The notes beneath the pieces are model-generated. The model was not told the origin of the DNA. It searched no databases and worked only from the letters and a program-made list of their open reading frames with translations. The position numbers and the translations under genes were made by a program. Shown here in pieces: positions 57,910 to 64,000 of a stretch of DNA of 64,000 nt; position 1 is the first letter of the stretch, and each line of letters starts with the position of its first letter. Source of the stretch: an uncultured Rhodopirellula sp. (GTDB lineage Bacteria; Planctomycetota; Planctomycetia; Pirellulales; Pirellulaceae); contig CAXGAI010000015.1 of assembly GCA_964007735.1 (NCBI GenBank), positions 1-64,000 of the forward strand, written 5' to 3'.

Positions 57910-60612
57910 CTATTTGGTTCGAAATAAGTCACTAGCAACAATTAACGAAATCATCGTTGCCAAACCGTCTTCTCTTTTCCTTAGTTCGGCGGTGATCTGG
58001 TTTACGCTTGAATGGTCTGCAAATGTAAGGGGTCGCCCTAATGCAAAGGTAGCCATCTTGTAGACCATTGCTCGTGTGAATTGATCCTGGCGATTCTCTA
58101 GCAGATAGCGTTTCAAGCCATCGATCCCGTTTAATTCCTGCTTGTTAAAAAGTTTGCTCGAAGCGTCTACGGGTTTTCCTTTGATGTCGTTTCGCCAGAT
58201 CCCCAGAGCGTCATAATTCTCGAAGGCAATACCCCACGGGTCAATCTTCGCATGACATGACCGGCATGCCGCATGGTTTCGATGGTCTTCTATTCTTTCC
58301 TTCAATGTGAGCTTAGCGATCTCCGGGTCGGCTAAGTCAATTTCAGGCACGGCCGGCGGGGGGGGAGGTGGCGGATCGTTAAGGATGGCCTCCAAAAGCC
58401 AAATCCCTCTCTTAAGTGGGTGCGAATCACTTCCGGAGGAATTCATCGTCAACATCCCGGCTTGTGTCAGTACACCACCGCGCTCCGCTCTATCTTCTAG
58501 TTTTACGCGACGGAATTCATTGCCATAGACACCTTGTAACCCGTAGTGATTAGCCAGGCGTTCGTTGAGCATTGCGTAATCGGCATGAATGAAATTTAAC
58601 AAACTTTCGTCATGAGATAGTATTTCATGAAAGAAGGCAACCGGCTCTTCGAGCATCGCTTCTTTTAGTTCTGCGTCGAATTGTGGTCTGACTTTTCGGT
58701 CAATGGTGAGGAAGTCTAAAATCTTAAGGTCCAACCACTGTTCGACAAAGTGTTGCGACAACCGGCGGGCTCGGGGGTCTTGCAGCATACGAGTTACTTG
58801 CTCTTTGAGTACATCGGGCTTATGAAGCTCCCCCTTAGCTGCGAGGTCTAATAGGATGGAGTCTGGGGTGCTGCACCAAAGAAAAATTGCGAGCCGTGTC
58901 GCAAGATCGTAATCCCCAAGGTGTTGCTTGCGGGATATATTATCACCGTTTTCCGAGCGGGTTAAATAGAGCATGTTCGGAGATGATAAGACCGTTGCCA
59001 AAACTTCGACAATGGCTGCCTCTGTAGTCGGGCACTGCGGACGTATGAGATCGAATAATTGTACTTTGCGATTCACTTCTTCTTTCGAGATGGCTCGCCG
59101 CCATGCTTTTGGCATGAAATGTTCCAAGACACCTCGGACATAGACTTGTTCATTTTCTGAATTCGCAGTGCCGATAAAGATGTCGTTATGAGATGCGGTC
59201 GGCCATTGAGAAAACACTGGAGTGGAGATCTGCACGAAGTCCACAATAATATCGGACTGTGAGACAGAACTATTCACAAGTCTGATGTATTCGGAAGGAT
59301 TGGGAGTTTGGCCCATCGAATTAACCCCGCGTACCGAATTTCGCGGATAAATTTCACCAAGTGGTACCATGAATTCATAGATTCCCGGCTTATCGGAAGT
59401 GGCAGTTACGAACTGGTCCTTCTTGCTGACGCGAAGCACTGCGCGTCCTTCATTGCTCGCTCGCCACCCGAATTCCAGCCGTAAACTGGGTGGACCAGAA
59501 GCGAGTACCTTGTCGGTGTACGCCCGGACCCGTACACGCATCATCCCTTCGTCTGGGATTTGATCTCCAAGTTCAACGTAAATTCGTTGCCCTCGCGGAA
59601 TGACGACCACGTCCTCAAAGGAAGGGGGGAATGGTGGCAGTGCGTTCTGAGGACTATTGGCATGACGTCCCCCATAGTAGACCCAGCTTGCCTGAGCTGC
59701 CCGCCCGGTCTTAAGATTCTTGTAATGGGCGCCACGGGGAATGGACTGAAAGGAAGCCAGAAGTTTTTCCAACTCCGCCTTCTGTTTTGCCGGATCGCTT
59801 TTGAGTTCCTCTCGTTTTTTGTCCAACTGGTCCTGTTGTTTTTTCAGGTCAAGCCGAGCATTATCTTTCATGGAGATCCCCCAATGAATCATGGGGGGTT
59901 GTTCTGTAAGGGAGGTTGCTCGGTTCAAAGCCTTTTCGGCAATACTGCGGTATGTTTGGAACTGATTGCCGGTCATGTGCAGCAAGTCGGAACTGTTTTG
60001 AAAACCGTCGTCGGAAAACGCTTCTGGAGGAAGGTCTTTGGCAAAATTCCATGGTAAACCGAGGATGTCCTGTAATGCATAGTTGTATTCATACTTCGTC
60101 ATTCGTCGGAAGGAGGAATGGCCGCCTTCCGCGCGCCGAACCGCCGAGGCGACTTGAATTTCACTAGCGAGCCAGTCGATAATCATCGCTCGATCGTTAT
60201 CCGCCAACTTGGTTGCATCGGGAGGTGGCATTTCACCGTTACTTAAAACCGCCATAACTTCAAGCCACCAGCTTACGTCCGCCCCTCTTTGGAGGTTTGG
60301 GTCGAGCATGTCGAGGCGAATGTTGCCTTCGGTGTGTTCTGCTCCGTGGCAACCGATACAGGTCTTGGTTAATACTGGAAGGATCTCTTTATTAAATTCT
60401 GCAAGCCGCGGTTTGGGAGTTGTAGCCTTAGATCGTTGATATTCACGTGTTAAATAGGTGGATTGATCGGCCCCGTATTGTTTGAGTTCGTTAAGTGATA
60501 ATTGACCGGGTGCATTGGCTAGGCTCGTTTCCGTGTTTGCAGACGGAACTTGGGCATGGGTCTCCAAAGCGACAAAAAGTACAAGCACTGTATAGTAAGT
60601 TGGCTTTATCAT
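57910..60612 (-). CDS. DUF1587/1592/1588/1585 protein with two c-type haem motifs
   Basis: CIGCH...EMPP, RRMTKYEY, LATRLAIFLW..PD, RGGVLT, HPLKRG, CRSCHAKIDPWG. Confidence 0.9.
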   Translation of the reverse strand: MIKPTYYTVLVLFVALETHAQVPSANTETSLANAPGQLSLNELKQYGADQSTYLTREYQRSKATTPKPRLAEFNKEILPVLTKTCIGCHGAEHTEGNIRLDMLDPNLQRGADVSWWLEVMAVLSNGEMPPPDATKLADNDRAMIIDWLASEIQVASAVRRAEGGHSSFRRMTKYEYNYALQDILGLPWNFAKDLPPEAFSDDGFQNSSDLLHMTGNQFQTYRSIAEKALNRATSLTEQPPMIHWGISMKDNARLDLKKQQDQLDKKREELKSDPAKQKAELEKLLASFQSIPRGAHYKNLKTGRAAQASWVYYGGRHANSPQNALPPFPPSFEDVVVIPRGQRIYVELGDQIPDEGMMRVRVRAYTDKVLASGPPSLRLEFGWRASNEGRAVLRVSKKDQFVTATSDKPGIYEFMVPLGEIYPRNSVRGVNSMGQTPNPSEYIRLVNSSVSQSDIIVDFVQISTPVFSQWPTASHNDIFIGTANSENEQVYVRGVLEHFMPKAWRRAISKEEVNRKVQLFDLIRPQCPTTEAAIVEVLATVLSSPNMLYLTRSENGDNISRKQHLGDYDLATRLAIFLWCSTPDSILLDLAAKGELHKPDVLKEQVTRMLQDPRARRLSQHFVEQWLDLKILDFLTIDRKVRPQFDAELKEAMLEEPVAFFHEILSHDESLLNFIHADYAMLNERLANHYGLQGVYGNEFRRVKLEDRAERGGVLTQAGMLTMNSSGSDSHPLKRGIWLLEAILNDPPPPPPPAVPEIDLADPEIAKLTLKERIEDHRNHAACRSCHAKIDPWGIAFENYDALGIWRNDIKGKPVDASSKLFNKQELNGIDGLKRYLLENRQDQFTRAMVYKMATFALGRPLTFADHSSVNQITAELRKREDGLATMISLIVASDLFRTK

Positions 60613-60792
60613 TGGGAATCCGTAAAGAGTGTGTCTAACCTAATTTAAGGATAACAGCCAACGACGTAATAGTGAAAGTCCGAAGTCGAGTTATTGCTGT
60701 GGTTGTGGAAGAAACTAGAAAGTAGGAATGTAGGCAAGATCATCCTACAATAGAGAAAAATTCGTAGACCTAACCTAACGACTGAGCGATTC

Positions 60793-62043
60793 ATGAAAAT
60801 TAACCGAAGAGAAGCGATGCGTACAACGGCGGTCGCCGTTAGTGCTGCCTCGGCGGGGAATCAAATAAACCACGTAAGTGCAGCTATACAGATTCCACTT
60901 GAACGCCTATGCCCTCATGACGTCTTGACCGAAGCAGGAGGGTTTTACGATGTCTCGCGAGGTAATCCTAAGCCCTATTCACTGATGGGACAAGCGTTAG
61001 TCGAGGCGGGATTGACGAGGGATTCCTGGCGTTTAGAAATTTCCGCCGACACGTTCACTCAGCCCGGAATTGTCAAAGAACCATCTTTTTTAACACGTGA
61101 GTTTCAAAACGTTGACAACACCAGTATCACGTTTGATCAACTGCGGGACTTAGGAAAAACGCAGGGAGTCAAATTCATCAAGGCAATGCAGTGTTTAAAT
61201 ATTCCACAGCCTCTTGGTCAGGGCTTGTGGGAAGGGGTTCCATTATCCGTTGTTCTCCGAAAATGCGGCCCGATGAAGAATGTTAGGAGGATCTATTTCC
61301 GTGGGTTTCACAACGAGGATCCTAAACAGATTTTTCAGTCTTCGGTGAGTTATACGCAGGCAATGGAGACCCCGCCCGGAGAATTGCCGGTGTTTCTGGC
61401 ATACTCTTTAAATGGCGAGCCTATTTCCCTCCAGAGAGGTGGGCCAGTTCGTATGATCGTCCCTTGGGCTCATGGATTTAAGTCAATCAAATGGCTTCAG
61501 CAGTTGTTTGCAACGAATGATTACCGAAACAATGACACCTATGCATTAAGCAACAATGATCCGGAATCGTTTCTAAAGACCGCTGCTTATTTAGACAAAG
61601 GCGCTGCGGAATTTTCCACGAATGACCCTATCGTGATTACCGGGCAAGCAATCAATGGTTATTCAGGGCTCCGACGTGTGGAGTATTGGATGCGGGAACT
61701 CCTGCCCGGCGCAAAACGGCTGGATGACGATTCGCCGGAACTGAAGAAAGCCTCATGGAAAAAGTGCGAGCTTGCAGCAGAACCGGATTGGAACACGGTG
61801 TTACCAACAGGCACGGATAGTAAAACGGTCTTGGGGTTCGATCGTCAAAGCGGAAAGGCCTTGTCCTGGCCTCTACGGTATGGAATGATTTCGTTTTATA
61901 CCGTTTTTCGCGACCTCCAACCTGGCAAGTATGAGATTCGAGTTCGGGCGATAGACCAAAATGGTTTTGCCCAACCGGAACCACGCAGCATTCAGAAGAG
62001 CGGCAAGAATGAGATCTCTACACGGCGCCTGACGGTAACATAA
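60793..62043 (+). CDS. Sulfite-oxidase-family molybdopterin oxidoreductase, Tat signal
   Basis: NRREAM; WRLEI, MQC (Mo-ligand Cys), WEGVPL, LNGEPI...RGGPVRMIVP..HGFKSIKW; C-terminal Ig-like domain (PGKYEIRVRAID..G..QP). Confidence 0.85.
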   Translation: MKINRREAMRTTAVAVSAASAGNQINHVSAAIQIPLERLCPHDVLTEAGGFYDVSRGNPKPYSLMGQALVEAGLTRDSWRLEISADTFTQPGIVKEPSFLTREFQNVDNTSITFDQLRDLGKTQGVKFIKAMQCLNIPQPLGQGLWEGVPLSVVLRKCGPMKNVRRIYFRGFHNEDPKQIFQSSVSYTQAMETPPGELPVFLAYSLNGEPISLQRGGPVRMIVPWAHGFKSIKWLQQLFATNDYRNNDTYALSNNDPESFLKTAAYLDKGAAEFSTNDPIVITGQAINGYSGLRRVEYWMRELLPGAKRLDDDSPELKKASWKKCELAAEPDWNTVLPTGTDSKTVLGFDRQSGKALSWPLRYGMISFYTVFRDLQPGKYEIRVRAIDQNGFAQPEPRSIQKSGKNEISTRRLTVT

Positions 62044-62057
62044 GTCAAGCAGGGCCA

Positions 62058-63179
62058 CTATTCAAAGGTGAGAGGATTGAACTCGACCGCTTTTTGAAAA
62101 AAACTTCGGTTCATAGGCAATTGCCCGGAATGGCTACTAAGTAGCACACAATTGTCCTTGCTTTTCGCCTCAAGCATTTTTTTATGGCCCGTTACCATGC
62201 TCGTCTGCGCCACGAAATAGCACGTTGGATGTTTTTGATGAAATACGATCTTGGCATATTCGGAATAGAGTCCAAATACATCGTTCGATATCCCCTGGTG
62301 AACGGCGGTATATCTTTTGGCTGGCAAGTCAAATTCATATCCTACGTTCACCATCTCAAAAACCTGGCCATGGAAGATATTGCCGGTCCCCTGGCATCTT
62401 ACGGCAATGTCGACGCTGTTAATATGGCCACCGAATACCTGATTGGCGTTGGGCGCCAAATCGCCGTCGTCATGTGCAGCCCAGTCAAAACCGACGCAAC
62501 CGTTGGATTCGCCACCCGGACCTGAAGCGTGACAATTAGTAAAAACGTTGTAATAAGGGGATTCACCATTAGAGGGTCCATAATATGCCGAGGTGTTTGA
62601 TGCTCTTAAGTGGACGAACAGTGAATCAAATCGACTATAACTCATGCCCGTAAGTCGAAAGGCATATGTGCCTTCATTGTGTACAAGGGTATTAAGCCCG
62701 CGAAAAGACACTGAAGTTGCGGGGGAGCGTTGAGCTGCATTCCAACAGGCGGTTCCGGTCGGGCCGCCGTAGTGGATTTCTGAAAGTAACCCGTCACCAA
62801 TGACCGATGTACCTTGATAGACATCGAGCGGGCGACTAATTGAGTAGTGGCCGCTAGGTATGTAGAGTCTGCCCCCTTTTTTGCAAGAGTAAAGCGCCTG
62901 TTGGAACTGTTTGCTTACGTCACCTGAGGAAGGGAATGCTCCAAAGAAACGGACGTCGTGATCGGAAGATTGAACGCGACGCCACCGTCCACGCGGCCGC
63001 ACATGAGATCGGAAGACCCACCCGTTATCAGGATCAAAGCTGGAATCAGGTTCCCAGAAAAAGAGGCCTCCACCCCCATCGCCGGGTTTGAAATAGCCGG
63101 CGACATGTAGCTGAGTTGAGTCCATCGGATCGAAATTCAGCAAATCTTTAATCGTTGAGACGCCGTAAACATGTTGCAT
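62058..63179 (-). CDS. Tailspike/pectate-lyase-3-like right-handed beta-helix protein
   Basis: GY..PGDGGGGLF.W....D.DNG...GRWRR followed by DVRFFGA..GD....FQ.A...GG.LYIPSG.Y and Asn-rich beta-helix repeats; no signal peptide. Confidence 0.75.
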   Translation of the reverse strand: MQHVYGVSTIKDLLNFDPMDSTQLHVAGYFKPGDGGGGLFFWEPDSSFDPDNGWVFRSHVRPRGRWRRVQSSDHDVRFFGAFPSSGDVSKQFQQALYSCKKGGRLYIPSGHYSISRPLDVYQGTSVIGDGLLSEIHYGGPTGTACWNAAQRSPATSVSFRGLNTLVHNEGTYAFRLTGMSYSRFDSLFVHLRASNTSAYYGPSNGESPYYNVFTNCHASGPGGESNGCVGFDWAAHDDGDLAPNANQVFGGHINSVDIAVRCQGTGNIFHGQVFEMVNVGYEFDLPAKRYTAVHQGISNDVFGLYSEYAKIVFHQKHPTCYFVAQTSMVTGHKKMLEAKSKDNCVLLSSHSGQLPMNRSFFQKAVEFNPLTFE

Positions 63180-63326
63180 GATCTATTACCTAAAACGATC
63201 CTGAAGTTTGGTTAATCAATTGAACAATATATAGGAAAGACTAGGATGGCTGTTTGAAAAAATAGATTTGTGAGATTGGCTAGCATAATCGTCGGCATAA
63301 GTCCTTAGTCGATATTTAGGGAATAT

Positions 63327-64000
63327 ATGAAAATTCACTGTTTTACCCCGGCGGCCAGAGGTTCGGTTAAAGGAAATCGTGTTACTGCGGAACGATGGAA
63401 GCGATGCCTAACCGACTTAGGCCATGAAGTCAGGATTATTGATTCAGCGGAGCCCCTGCCCTGTGACTTATCGATTGCGATTCACGCGGGGAAATCTGCT
63501 GAATACACATCAAAGATGAAGCAGAGATACCCGGACACGCCGGTTGTCCTGTGCCTCAGCGGGACAGACCTTTATCTCGATATCCATCGAGATCAAAAGG
63601 TTACCAGTGGTATTGAGAGTGCTGATCGATTAATTGTCCTGCAAACACACGCCTTGACACATCTTCGAGCAATATGGGCAGAGAAAACCTTTGTAATATC
63701 GCAATCTTGCGAGCCACCCCGAGTTGTTATGCAACCCTTGAAACACGAATTTGAAGTCGTTGTTGTGGGACATCTACGTAGCGTTAAGGACCCGTTTAGG
63801 ACGGCAATGGCCGTGCGAAAGTTACCAGCGAACTCCAGGATCCAGGTTCATCACCTCGGCACTGCGTTATCGGAAACGTTACACGCAAGAGCAATTCGCG
63901 AATCGAACAATAATGAACGTTATCACTACGAAGGATTATGTCCTTGGGAGGTCACACTTCAAAGAATCCAAAGGGCGAGGTTATTAGTTCTAAGTTCTAA
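63327..64000 (+). CDS. senB: Selenosugar synthase SenB-like glycosyltransferase (TIGR04348 family), partial, runs off the window
   Basis: Open frame from ATG 63327 to the window end: MKIHCFTPAARGSVKGNRVTAERW...AIHA...LSGTDLY...IVLQ...VGHLRSVKDP...RLLVLSS. AGGGA upstream. Absent from the ORF track because there is no stop codon in the window. Confidence 0.85.
   Translation, partial: MKIHCFTPAARGSVKGNRVTAERWKRCLTDLGHEVRIIDSAEPLPCDLSIAIHAGKSAEYTSKMKQRYPDTPVVLCLSGTDLYLDIHRDQKVTSGIESADRLIVLQTHALTHLRAIWAEKTFVISQSCEPPRVVMQPLKHEFEVVVVGHLRSVKDPFRTAMAVRKLPANSRIQVHHLGTALSETLHARAIRESNNNERYHYEGLCPWEVTLQRIQRARLLVLSS

Noticed and set aside
363..63106. Numerous short antisense or alternative-frame ORFs in the track
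   Set aside because: They are shadows of longer, motif-supported genes.
62058..63179. Prophage remnant
   Set aside because: No integrase, capsid, terminase or other tail genes, and no att-like repeats nearby.
63751..63987. 78-aa ORF listed in the ORF track
   Set aside because: It is an alternative frame inside the senB-like gene, whose frame carries clear family motifs.
1..64000. Selenocysteine (TGA) read-through, prompted by senB
   Set aside because: The TGA-ending genes I checked stop at plausible C-termini or at ATGA overlaps; the sulfite-oxidase-like enzyme and the sulfatases have ordinary Cys. No SECIS search was run.
1..64000. CRISPR arrays, tRNA/rRNA, IS elements, long DNA repeats
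   Set aside because: None seen by eye; all non-coding gaps are under about 420 bp and non-repetitive. Small ncRNAs cannot be excluded without an Rfam search.

Overview
A gene-dense 64-kb chromosomal segment with the gene content of a (probably marine) planctomycete, Pirellulaceae-like; this placement is inferred from gene families only. It holds about 41 complete CDS plus partial genes at both edges. I found no rRNA, tRNA, CRISPR array, transposase or prophage. Content: (i) five two-gene modules of a Sec-type c-haem DUF protein plus a twin-arginine DUF protein (2x DUF1549/1553 + DUF1501, 3x DUF1592/1588 + DUF1552) and one solo DUF1501; (ii) an ECF sigma/FecR-led operon with a sulfatase-cytochrome c fusion, a two-haem Vgb-like propeller protein and a DUF1592/DUF1552 pair; (iii) a GH127 + four-sulfatase operon and a sulfatase-esterase fusion; (iv) two Tat-type molybdoenzymes (IorAB-like and sulfite-oxidase-like), each back-to-back with a haem-DUF module; (v) GDPD and PI-PLC phosphodiesterases, each linked to a related beta-rich domain; (vi) at the right edge, a senB-like selenosugar synthase missed by the ORF track, divergent from an orphan tailspike-like beta-helix gene. 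All calls rest on motif recognition by eye; no database search was run.
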